Assembly: GCA_965178125.1 (NCBI GenBank) | Contig: OZ237767.1 | Coordinates: forward strand, 558,001-622,000 | Direction of reading: 5' to 3' | Source of the DNA: Bilabrum cf. latius | Taxonomy: Eukaryota | Length of the DNA: 64,000 bases | Part shown: positions 1 to 10,429 of the stretch, in pieces | Layout of the letters: each line of letters starts with the position of its first letter | How positions within the stretch are numbered: position 1 is the stretch's first letter | Translations under genes and position numbers: made by a program | The notes under the pieces: generated by a model | Seen by the model: only the letters and a program-made list of their open reading frames with translations | The model's database searches: none | Told to the model about the DNA's origin: nothing

Positions 1-574
1 CCAGCCTGGTAGCCGTAGTAGTAGTAGTACTGCGAGCTTCCGAACATTTGGCCTGCGTTGTGAAGTGGGTGATATGGTGCGTACGTGGTGTGCTGGCGCA
101 CTGAATGTTTGGACTGAAGCAAAGCCTGTGGTCGATTTGCTCACCTTTGCTCAAGACTCCCCATTCGTAGTTAGACGAGGGGTACCTGGTCCCGTATCCC
201 ACAGCAAAGATGTAGCGATTGTACCCGCTGTTCATGTCGAGCTTGTTGATCTCGGACTGCTCTGCGCTCGACGGAATGTACTCCAGAATCGCATCACTAT
301 TTGCCCCACCAAAGCAACCAAAGGAATTCCTGTACTGGTATGGTGCCATGTATGTGTACGTGTAGTAGGGGATGCGATACTGCGTCCATGAACCTGAAGT
401 CAGCTCGGCCTTGTCTGAGTTCTTGATCGTCGTGATCCTGCGGCTCGATGTGCTCGTGTACTGGCTGAAATCGAGATGAATCTGCAAATCCACTCCAGTT
501 CCAAGGTTGTCAGACAGCGGATCATCAGCTGCTTGGGCAGATATAGACCCGAGCAGTAGAGCCAAGGCCAACAT
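1..574 (-). CDS. Partial host gene running off the left edge; probable secreted protein, likely spliced
   Basis: ATG at 574 opens MLALALLLGSISAQAADD (signal-peptide-like) and the frame stays open. A GTGAGC...ACGCAG intron candidate near 53-144 gives ...KGQMFGSSQYYYYYGYQA. No family recognised. Confidence 0.4.
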   Translation of the reverse strand, partial: MLALALLLGSISAQAADDPLSDNLGTGVDLQIHLDFSQYTSTSSRRITTIKNSDKAELTSGSWTQYRIPYYTYTYMAPYQYRNSFGCFGGANSDAILEYIPSSAEQSEINKLDMNSGYNRYIFAVGYGTRYPSSNYEWGVLSKGEQIDHRLCFSPNIQCASTPRTHHITHFTTQAKCSEARSTTTTTATRL

Positions 575-1074
575 GCTGCGACGCGCAACACTTGGGGAAA
601 ACTGGAGATAGCTGTGTGGATGCCATCGGTTCATACATTACGAGGAGTATATAAATATTCCTTACACACAAACGATAGTAGAAGGCTGGGCTGCGGCCGA
701 CAAGACGCGCAGACTGATACTCGTTCGAGACAGCGCTCGACTCGTCGCTCCTGCCAAAGTGGCACCGACTCGGAGTCCGTGACAAACATTGCCGACATCA
801 TGAACACGCTGGCCGTGGTCTGGCTCTCAGCCAGGCTGATCTCTCTAGCTTGTTGTTTATTGCTCCAGAAAGGACGCATATACTTGTGGCTGACGCTTTG
901 ATGCAAGCGCAAATTGTCGCGCTGAGAAGCACTGGAGCGACAATGCGAGAAACATTTCGGGTGGCTCCTGTTTCTATGCATCACTGTGACTGGGCAGATT
1001 TGCAGTTTACATACTTTCCGTGAAAAGCTCCATGTTGTGTTCCAAACCGGTCAGCAGAACGCCGAATGACCATT

Positions 1075-3597
1075 TCAGTGTCGCTTGGCCGCCCTCTGCG
1101 CGGCAGTGCTACTCTTCAACGTCACAACCCGGTTGAAAACCGGCTTCTCCGGCTTGCTGTCGCGATCCTGCACAAAAAATCCAAGCCGCTCGAACTGATA
1201 CCTGGCGTATTCTCCCGGCTGCGCGGCAGATGGCTCCACCAGGCCCTGGCAGACCTCTTCGGAGCCCTCGTCAAGGTCGTCCAGCCAATTGCCCGTCTGC
1301 TTGCCGGGCTCGAACACGTCAAACAGAGGCCGGTACAAACGGATCTCCGCCCACATGGGCCGGGACCTCACAGGCCCAGCCGATGCACCCCCCGTCGCGG
1401 CCCCCGCGGCCCCCAGCGCGGCGGCCCCCACTTCCACCTCCGCCTTGTCGTTGTCCGGGTCCCCCACCCAGTGCAGGTTCCCCTTGGGCTTCACGTCCCT
1501 GTCGCCCAGGTAGGTGCACCTGATCTCCTCCACGTCCTCCACGCTGGAGGAGGGCACGCCCCCCTTGAAGACAACGTCCTCGCAGGTCACCAGCCCGCCG
1601 TACCGCAGGCCCACCTTCTTGCCGCCGGGCACGAGACCGAAGAAGCTCTTGTGGTCCTCGAGCCGGAAATCGGCCCGCTCGATGTACATGACCCGGGTCA
1701 GGGGGATGGTCCTGCTGCCTGCCTCCGGGGCGGCAGGGAACAGCGGTGCCTTGAGCAGGATGGGCGCCTCTTGCGGTACGTTGGACAGCACCACGCGGAG
1801 CGGCTTGGTCACTGCGAAGGCCCGGGGGGCGGCCTCGTTGAGCTCTGCCCTCGCCTGTGCCTCCAAACGGTCCAACCGAATTAGGTTCTGCTGGCGGGTG
1901 ACTCCGACCCCCTTGCAGAAGTCGTTGATGATCGTGGGGGTGTAGCCCCTCCTCCTGAGCCCGTTGATGGTGAACAGCCTAGGGTCGTCCCACCCCCTCA
2001 CGGTCTTCTCCATGACCAGCTTGAGGATCTTGCGCTTGGACATGACGTTGTTCGTGATATTGAGGCGAGAGAACTCCCACACCTTGGGCCTCCACATGCC
2101 CAGCTGCTCCAGCAGCCAGTAGTACGAGTCTCGCTTGGCCTCGAACTCGAGCGTGCACAGCGAGTAGTCGATGTGCTCCAGCGAGTCCACGATGCAGTGA
2201 GTGAAATCATACGAGGGGTAGATGCACCACTTGTCTCCCGTCCGCGGGTGAGGCACGTACTTGATCCGGTAGGCCACTGGGTCCCACATGGAGGGGTTGG
2301 GGCTGTGCATGTCAATCTTGAGCCGGAGCGTGGCGGCCCCCGCAGCGAAGCAGCCGTCCCTCATGCGCCTGAACTCGCGCATGTTCTCTTCCGGGGTGCG
2401 GTTCCTCCACGGGCTGTTGGGGTCGCCCGTCTTATGCCTAGTGTGTTCCCTGGAGACCTCCATGTCCGCGGCGCTCTGGTGGCACACGAAGGCCTTGCCC
2501 CCCGCGATCAGGCGCTCGGCCAGCCCGTACAGAACGTCGAAGTAGTTGCTCGAAAAAGTCACCTGGGCCGGCTTCCACCCCATCCAGCGAACGTTCTCTC
2601 CCTGGTTATCGATGAACTCGTGCGATTCCGCCTCGGGGTTGGTGTCGTCGTACCGGAAGATGGTGTCCCCCTCGGAGGGGTCCTTCCCCAGCATGCGGAA
2701 GGCGAGGTCAAAGTTGAGATTCATGCTCTTCGCATGCCCGATGTGCAGGTACCCGTTCGGCTCCGGGGGGAAGCGCGTGCGCATGCGGCCGCCAGTCACC
2801 TTGTCGTGCTCCGCCAGCAGCTCCTTGCTGTTCTTGGCGCTCTGCAGGTCCCTGGCCTCGAAGGCGGTCTTCAGAGAGTCCATCGTCTCGGGTTCGCCCT
2901 CGGGTTCGCCGCCCGCACCCGACGCGGCGGCCTTCGCGGTGTCTGTGGCCCCTCCCTTGCCTCCGCCCTTCTTGCCCTTGTCCTTCCCCTTTGCCTTCTT
3001 CTTGCCCTTCGAGCGGGCTGCCTTGATCGCCTCCTCGTCGGCAGCCGTCTTAGGCCCAAGCTTGGCTTCGACAGCAGCATCCATAGCAGCCTTCACCTTG
3101 CCAAAGCCCCACTTCAGCCGGGCGTCGTTGCGGGCTCCCACGTAAACCTCTCGGTTCAGGTCGAGCGCGTAACGTTCGGCAGCCAGGCGGTCCCCAAGTC
3201 GAGCCATCGAGTCTGCGACAAACTTAGCTACCTCTTCATCGGACACTTCCACGCCAGCTCCGCACGCCAGGTCGAAGGCAGCTGCATCGACCTCTTCTGG
3301 AGATTCTGCGCCGCACGCCTGCAGGAACTTGATGGCCGCCTGCACCTGGTTCGACTCCCTCAGCTTGCCTTCAGCAATGTATCTTGCTAAAAGGGGTCTC
3401 AGGTGGGCGCATCTGGGCTTCAAAGTGGATGCAGTAACAAAAAGAAGGTTTGCCTCCGATGAGGTAGGTTCTCTGTCAGAGCATGCGGCAAGGCACTCGT
3501 CAAACACGGCTCGCAATGCCTCCTTCTTGCTCAACTGGGACAAGATGCTCTGAGGGAGGCCGAACTTGGCATACTTTGAATCACCTGCCGCAGCCAT
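1075..3597 (-). CDS. QARS: Glutaminyl-tRNA synthetase (eukaryotic type with N-terminal extension), ~840 aa
   Basis: RTRFPPEPNGYLHIGHAK (HIGH), RYDDTNP, WCIYPSYDFTHC, SLCTLEF, VMSKRK, GWDDPRL, YQFERLGFF. ATG at 3597, TGA stop. Confidence 0.95.
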   Translation of the reverse strand: MAAAGDSKYAKFGLPQSILSQLSKKEALRAVFDECLAACSDREPTSSEANLLFVTASTLKPRCAHLRPLLARYIAEGKLRESNQVQAAIKFLQACGAESPEEVDAAAFDLACGAGVEVSDEEVAKFVADSMARLGDRLAAERYALDLNREVYVGARNDARLKWGFGKVKAAMDAAVEAKLGPKTAADEEAIKAARSKGKKKAKGKDKGKKGGGKGGATDTAKAAASGAGGEPEGEPETMDSLKTAFEARDLQSAKNSKELLAEHDKVTGGRMRTRFPPEPNGYLHIGHAKSMNLNFDLAFRMLGKDPSEGDTIFRYDDTNPEAESHEFIDNQGENVRWMGWKPAQVTFSSNYFDVLYGLAERLIAGGKAFVCHQSAADMEVSREHTRHKTGDPNSPWRNRTPEENMREFRRMRDGCFAAGAATLRLKIDMHSPNPSMWDPVAYRIKYVPHPRTGDKWCIYPSYDFTHCIVDSLEHIDYSLCTLEFEAKRDSYYWLLEQLGMWRPKVWEFSRLNITNNVMSKRKILKLVMEKTVRGWDDPRLFTINGLRRRGYTPTIINDFCKGVGVTRQQNLIRLDRLEAQARAELNEAAPRAFAVTKPLRVVLSNVPQEAPILLKAPLFPAAPEAGSRTIPLTRVMYIERADFRLEDHKSFFGLVPGGKKVGLRYGGLVTCEDVVFKGGVPSSSVEDVEEIRCTYLGDRDVKPKGNLHWVGDPDNDKAEVEVGAAALGAAGAATGGASAGPVRSRPMWAEIRLYRPLFDVFEPGKQTGNWLDDLDEGSEEVCQGLVEPSAAQPGEYARYQFERLGFFVQDRDSKPEKPVFNRVVTLKSSTAAQRAAKRH

Positions 3598-3744
3598 GGT
3601 GCAAAGCGAAAGAATGGAATTGCGCCGACGAGAAATTTCGCAAATAGCACGCAACTCACTGGCAGAAAAACAAATGCTAGAAACAGCCGCAGTGCGGCCC
3701 TGATAGCACTACTATTACTGCACTTAGCACACCACAACTACGTA

Positions 3745-5345
3745 TCATATAGCAGGGTTTCGGTTCTGGTACGGCAGCTGCGAGACGAGGTTCTTCTTGG
3801 CCTCGAGCGCATCCTGCCGTTCCTCGTGCAGCGCCACCACAGGAGGGGCTATCCCCAGCTGCTCCGCGGTCACAGGGACCTCGTTGTCTTCCTTCTCTTC
3901 AGGAACAGAGTCCAGATGACCCAGTCCCCCCGCACCTCCTTGCTCCCTGGCCCTGGCCCGGGCCGCCTTCTGCCTCTCGATCACGGCCTGCACGGACCGG
4001 CTGGAATGCACCGACCGAATACTGCCAGCCGCACTCATCACACTGTGTGCAATGGACTGGGTATCACCAGGCGCGCCCCCATCTGCCCCCGGTCCACGCA
4101 TGCCCCCGCTGCCACCTACCTGCGAGTCTCCGAACGGATTCGAACCACCCTGCGGCCTCCTCCTCCTCCTCCTGCGCCTCCTCCTCCTCCCACCCCCCAT
4201 GCCACCCTCGTGCCCATCCTTGGACTCCTCCCCTGCCCCTGCCCCCGCCCCATCTCCCTCCTCCTCCCAGTCCCCAGCCCACTCCCAGTCCCCTCCAGCA
4301 CCTCCATCTGCACCCGCACCCTCCTCCCCCTCGCCCTCGTATACGTAATCCTCCTCCCATTCCGCGGCTGCCTGCTCCTCCCTCCTCACCGCTGCCTCCA
4401 TCCGCCGCCGACCCTCCTGCTCCTCCCTTGCCAGCTCGGCGATCCGGCGCTTCACCGCCTCCAGTCCAGACCGCACCTCGACGTCGTCCATGAACTGGTC
4501 CATGTCCAGCGACTCGGCGAACGCGAGCAAATCGTCAGCTTCTTGTTCCTATGCGTCCGCCGCAGCCTCTTCCGACATGGCCCACGCAGGCTTGCCTCCT
4601 TTCGACTTGCCTTTTTTTCTGCGCCGCCGCCTTTCCTATTCCTCTCGCTCCTCCCGGATGCGCGCTTCCTCATCGCCCTTGCCATCGATTACAGCTTTGC
4701 GGAGCTCAGCCTGGGTCTTCGTGAACTTCTCCTGTTTCGCTCGCTCCTTCGCTTCTAGCTCGGCTTGCTCTGATAACAGCTGATCGCGCTATGCTTGCAA
4801 TTCCTTGAGCCATGCTTTGTACTTATCGTTCGCAGTTGGTTCGCGCGTCCTCTTAGTCTGCTTCGCAAGTTCTCTTGCTCGTTTCAAATGGGTGGACTGT
4901 CCGGTCGGGTGCACCGCCTCATCAGTGGTTCCTATCCTGAACTGCTTTGCTTTCCCCGAGCCACTGCCTCCGGCTGCTGCCCCAGCGGGTCCAGCAGATA
5001 CCTAACCCGAATCTGCGAGTACACTTGAGCAGCATGTCAGTCAGTATTGGTTAAATTCGACGTATCGTTTGCAGCCTCCACCAAAAGGTACCAAACAGCG
5101 GAACGACAAAAGTATGCACGATATAAAGAGATACAAGTACTCAAAGCTTTTTGTACACGAATCTCACCTGCTCCAGCGACAAAAGGCCTGTTGCATAGCA
5201 TAACACCTTTGTAGTTGCCGATGGAAGATTGTCCCAGATCCATTCCTGACGAACTCGGAGGCCCTCCGCTCTGGCCTGTTCCTATGCTGCTGCCACCTCC
5301 AGGCCTTTCAGACATCATAACTCCTCTAGCACCACCTAGTGCCAT
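3745..5345 (-). CDS. Conserved hypothetical coiled-coil protein; one intron (5013-5167) and in-frame TAG codons
   Basis: Exon 1 ends NYKGVMLCNRPFVAGAG|GTGAGA. Acceptor CGCAG at 5013 keeps phase. The frame continues through TAGs (e.g. 4789-4791) to KPAWAM..LLAFAESLDMDQFMDDVEV..LPYQNRNPAI-TGA. Confidence 0.65.
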
Positions 5346-5508
5346 TGGACCACCCAGGACACTGTAAATTGACTGACTGCAACCACAACGGAACTGTGTA
5401 ATAAGTATTCGTTACTCTCATTTAATACAGAATTGCAAGCCCAAACGAATCACTGTAAATATGAATTGAAGCAATCGCATGTACTGGTAGCACACGGTTC
5501 AACAGCTC

Positions 5509-8500
5509 TTACCGAATGACCCGGCGGCGGGTACGCCTGAATACCCTGCCAGCGGACCCTCCTGACGAAACGGCGCGACTGGCACTGGGAGCAGCAGCAT
5601 TGGCAGGAACTACCGGTGTGCCCCAGCTTGTATTGCCCCAAGCACCCCCATTGCTTGCACCTCCACCTGATCCTTCACGCGCCCCTCCTGCGCCTGTGCC
5701 CCACGATGGGGTCAGCGAGGAACCCCCGGCAGCAGCGGCAGGGGGGGGCTTGCCCAGGAGTAGCCGAGGGATCTGGCCTCGTCGGCCCGTGTTCCCTCGG
5801 CTGACCGCCATCGTGCCCTAAACTGGACCCACAAGCACGGTGGACTACTTGGCCCCTGTAGTGCCGGCACCAGCACTCCCCTGCCCAACCTCCTCCTTGG
5901 CTCCACTCGCCTACTTACCTTCCTCTTCCTTGGCTCCACTCGCCTGCTTGCCTTCCTCTTCCTTGGCCCCAATCGCCTGCTTGCCTTCCTCTTCCTTGGC
6001 CCCAATCGCCTGCTTGCCTTCCTCTTCCTTGGCCCCAATCGCCTGCTTGCCTTCCTCTTCCTTGGCCCCAATCGCCTGCTTGCCTTCCTCTTCCTTGGCC
6101 CCAATCGCCTGCTTGCCTTCCTCCTCCCGGGAGGCCCCCTCCCCGCCGGCCCACGCACGCACCTTCAGACTCACGGGTCGCCTCTCACCCGCCGCAAGCC
6201 AACCCATCCTGAGGCCTGACAGCGCCAGCACGGGCTCCTCAACTTTCTCGTCCCAGAACGGTGTCACGCAGGGATGGGTGCAGCGCACTGCGATGCAGTA
6301 CCACTCCCCTGCGAGCAGCACGGGCTATGCATCGGCAGGCAGCCTCAGAGCCAGCTCTCTGGCCCTCCCCTCGTCCAGCACCCTGCTGGTGGTGGCGTCG
6401 GCCATGCAGCTGCATGTCACCGATGACAGCGTGTCCCACGAGCTCCCGGGCTTATCGGCGAGCCCCTTGCTCCGCTTCTCCAACTCAGCTGTCTCGCGAT
6501 CGAGCTGTGTCTACAGCAGCTGCTGGCCTGGGACCACGACGATGTGTGCCCAGTGCCTGCCCGTCCACTGGGACTCAGCTCGACCCACTGATGGCGAGTT
6601 CCGCCCACTCTCGGGCTGGGCAATGCCACTTGCGCTGTCGTCTGCAGCGGATCCACCGGGCTAATTTGAGCTGGCCCTTTCTGATTCTTTGGACTCCTCT
6701 GCTCCTGCAGCAACTGGGACATCGCCAGGCTGCAGCGCGGCGGGGGCTGGTTCTAACTCTTCTCCGTGATGATGATCGTGACCCGCAGCTGACGAATCAC
6801 CTGTAATCACCGGGCACTCCCCTGGCCAGTACATGTGCACCCCACGGAGCACCTGTGCCTCGGTGCACTGCACTGCGATGCAGTCCCAGTCATCAGGCCC
6901 CACCACCCAGCCGTACGACAGGCACCGCATGCTCCTGCCCGCATGCAGATCTCGCGAGGCAGTGCTGTTCTGCCTCCCCAGGTCCATCCGTGCCCCGCCC
7001 ACCTCCATGGATGCCTGGAATCGAAACACTGTCTGCTTGTCTGGTGAGCGCTTGCCTACGTCGACATTGCCTTCAATGTCATGCCCGATATTCTCGACCT
7101 CGCACTCACCATCAGTGTCGCTGTCTGTGTCATCCTCCAATGGTCGATCGGAAAACGATCGCAACAACTTTGGGGGTTCAGCCAGCATTTTCGGAGGGCC
7201 ATCTCCAACAGGTTGGGTAGCCGCTCCATGACCTGTCTATGTCGAAGCCAGAGACGACGTCGCTCCCGATGCATCCTCAGTGGACTGTCCACCAGAGCCT
7301 GGCTCAGATCCAGGCACAGACGCCGCAGCTGCATCAGACCCAGAGCCAGGAGCAGGAGGAGTAGTCGATGTCCCCAGTCCCCACGGGTCAGCAGCCGATC
7401 CCGTCGCTCCCGATGCATCCTCAGTGGACTGTCCACCAGAGCCTGGCTCAGATCCAGGCACAGACGCCGCAGCTGCATCAGACCCAGAGGCGGGATCAGG
7501 AGCAGGAGCAGGAGGAGTAGTCGATGTCCCCAGTCCCCACGGGTCAGCAGCCGATCCCGTCGCTCCCGATGCATCCTCAGTGGACTGTCCACCAGAGCCT
7601 GGCTCAGATCCAGGCACAGACGCCGCAGCTGCATCAGACCCAGAGCCAGGATCAGGAGGAGTAGTCGATGTCCCCAGTCCCCACGGGTCAGCAGCCGATC
7701 CCGTCGCTCCCGATGCATCCTCAGTGGACTGTCCTCCAGAGCCTGGCTCAGATCCAGGCACAGACGCCGCAGCTGCATCAGACCCAGAGGCGGGATCAGG
7801 AGCAGGAGCAGGAGGAGTAGTCGATGTCCCCAGTCCCCACGGGTCAGCAGCCGATCCCGTCGCTCCCGATGCATCCTCAGTGGACTGTCCACCAGAGCCT
7901 GGCTCAGATCCAGGCACAGACGCCGCAGCTGCATCAGACCCAGAGCCAGGATCAGGAGGAGTAGTCGATGTCCCCAGTCCCCACGGGTCAGCAGCCGATC
8001 CCGTCGCTCCCGATGCATCCTCAGTGGACTGTCCACCAGAGCCTGGCTCAGATCCAGGCACAGACGCCGCAGCTGCATCAGACCCAGAGCCAGGAGCAGG
8101 AGCAGGAGCAGGAGGAGTAGTCGATGTCCCCAGTCCCCACGGGTCAGCGGCCGATCCCGTCGCTCCCGATGCATCCTCAGTGGACTGTCCTCCAGAGCCT
8201 GGCTCAGATCCAGGCACAGACGCCGCAGCTGCATCAGACCCAGAGGCGGGATCAGGAGCAGGAGCAGGAGGAGTAGTCGATGTCCCCAGTCCCCACAGGT
8301 CAGCAGCCGATCCCGTCGCTCCCGATGCATCCTCAGTGGACTGTCCTCCAGAGCCTGGCTCAGATCCAGGCACAGACGCCGCAGCTGCATCAGACCCAGA
8401 GCCAGGAGCAGGAGCAGGAGCAGGAGGAGTAGTCGATGTCCCCAGTCCCCACGGGTCAGCGGCCGATCCCGTCGCTCCCGATGCATCCTCAGTGGACTGT

Positions 8501-10122
8501 CTTCCAGAGCCTGGCTCAGATCCAGGCACAGACGCCGCAGCTGCATCAGACCCAGAGCCAGGAGCAGGAGCAGGAGCAGTAGTCGATGTCCCCAGTCCCC
8601 ACGGGTCAGCAGCCGATCCCGTCGCTCCCGATGCATCCTCAGTGGACTGTCTTCCAGAGCCTGGCTCAGATCCAGGCACAGACGCCGCAGCTGCATCAGA
8701 CCCAGAGGCGGGATCAGGAGCAGGAGCAGGAGGAGTAGTCGATGTCCCCAGTCCCCACGGGTCAGCAGCCGATCCCGTCGCTCCCGATGCATCCTCAGTG
8801 GACTGTCCACCAGAGCCTGGCTCAGATCCAGGCACAGACGCCGCTGCTGCATCAGACCCAGAGCCAGGAGCAGGAGCAGGAGGAGTAGTCGATGTCCCAA
8901 GTCCCCACGGGTCAGCGGCCGATCCCGTCGCTCCCGATGCATCCTCAGTGGACTGTCCACCAGAGCCTGGCTCAGATCCAGGCACAGACGCCGCAGCTGC
9001 ATCAGACCCAGAGGCGGGATCAGGAGCAGGAGCAGGAGGAGTAGTCGATGTCCCCAGTCCCCACGGGTCAGCAGCCGATCCCGTCGCTCCCGATGCATCC
9101 TCAGTGGACTGTCCACCAGCGCCTGGCTCAGATCCAGGCACAGACGCCGCAGCTGCATCAGACCCAGAGCCAGGAGCAGGAGCAGGAGCAGGAGGAGTAG
9201 TCGATGTCCCAAGTCCCCACGGGTCAGCGGCCGATCCCGTCGCTCCCGATGCATCCTCAGTGGACTGTCCACCAGAGCCTGGCTCAGATCCAGGCACAGA
9301 CGCCGCAGCTGCATCAGACCCAGAGGCGGGATCAGGAGCAGGAGCAGGAGGAGTAGTCGATGTCCCCAGTCCCCACGGGTCAGCAGCCGATCCCGTCGCT
9401 CCCGATGCATCCTCAGTGGACTGTCCACCAGAGCCTGGCTCAGATCCAGGCACAGACGCATCAGACCCAGAGGCAGGAGCAGGAGCAGGAGCAGGAGCAG
9501 TAGCCGATGTCCCCAGTCCCCACGGGTCAGCGGCCGATCCCGTCGCTCCCGATGCATCCTCAGTGGACTGTCCACCAGCGCCTGGCTCAGATCCAGGCAC
9601 AGACACCGCAGCTGCATCAGACCCAGAGGCAGGCGCAGGAGCAGGAGCAGGAGCAGTAGTCGATGTCACCAGTCCCCACGGGTCAGCGGCCGATCCCGTC
9701 GCTCCCGATGCATCCTCAGTGGACTGTCCACCAGCGCCTGGCTCAGATCCAGTCACAGACGCCGCAGCTGCATCAGACCCAGAGGCAGGAGCAGGGACAG
9801 GAGCAGGAGCAGGAGCAACGTCAGCAGCCGATGCCGAAGCAGGTCCAAGCATCGCGGCTGTGCTTCTGGGATCAATCTGAAGACCCTGTAATTCGTTAGC
9901 GCTAACCGCCTGGCTTAAAAGTGCGAGCGACACAAGCTACCATGGATTCGTAGGAAGCGATGATCCGCTTTCGTCCGCAATCGCAGCTATCGCAGGCAAT
10001 CGACGCCGGATTGCAGCGCGCAATACATCCATGGAATGATGCCCAGCCCGTGTCATCCTGGAGCTATGCGAGCTATCATCGAATGGCAATTCATCTTGTT
10101 CTTGTACATTAGACGCGTTCAT
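5509..10122 (-). CDS. Large repeat-containing protein with a PHR-like domain split by insertions (TAG read through)
   Basis: Track ORFs 9937-10131, 7237-9933, 6661-7188, 5911-6321 and 5509-5811 share one frame and are separated only by TAG. Segments GWVVGPDDWDCIAVQC..LRGVHMY, PVLLAGEWYCIAV and GQIPRLLL resemble a PHR domain. Ends are uncertain (possible introns). Confidence 0.55.
5890..6126. repeat. 33-bp coding tandem repeat (GAKEEEGKQAI), ~7 copies
   Basis: ttggccccaatcgcctgcttgccttcctcttcc repeated. One copy has TAG where the others have CAG. Confidence 0.9.
7258..9790. repeat. ~140-156-bp coding tandem repeat, ~17 copies (Ser/Gly/Ala/Pro-rich, ADPWGLG motif)
   Basis: Near-identical units differing in the number of ggagca hexamers; indels preserve the reading frame. 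Confidence 0.95.
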
Positions 10123-10429
10123 CTCTCCCAACTTACTGCGATTTGCATGAATTGACTATATCATCACCGATTGAGCGAGTGAGAATCAAGTTCAAAATAG
10201 CGTTCGCGATGCTTGCCATCGCCTGGACAAGATGTAGATATGGTATACTATTCTCACAAAACATGTACTTCCGGCGAAAGTCCACATACTGGCCCTACTT
10301 TGTTGGATCCTCCTTTTTCCCGGAACGTAGAAAAAAAGCACGACTTTTGCAGCACGCAACAAAGCACCGGCGGCCAGCGTTGCTGCAGCTCATTTGCGGG
10401 CCTCTGCTGGCGGTGCCTGCCACCAACCC

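Noticed and set aside
1066-3390. Plus-strand ORFs opposite GlnRS, and similar antisense ORFs across the GC-rich host DNA
   Set aside because: Antisense shadows caused by high GC3; no recognisable motifs.
7056-9891. Overlapping 850-940 aa ORFs in other frames of the repeat
   Set aside because: These are shadow ORFs of a GC-rich, frame-preserving repeat. Only the minus frame 7237-9933 connects to unique coding sequence on both sides.
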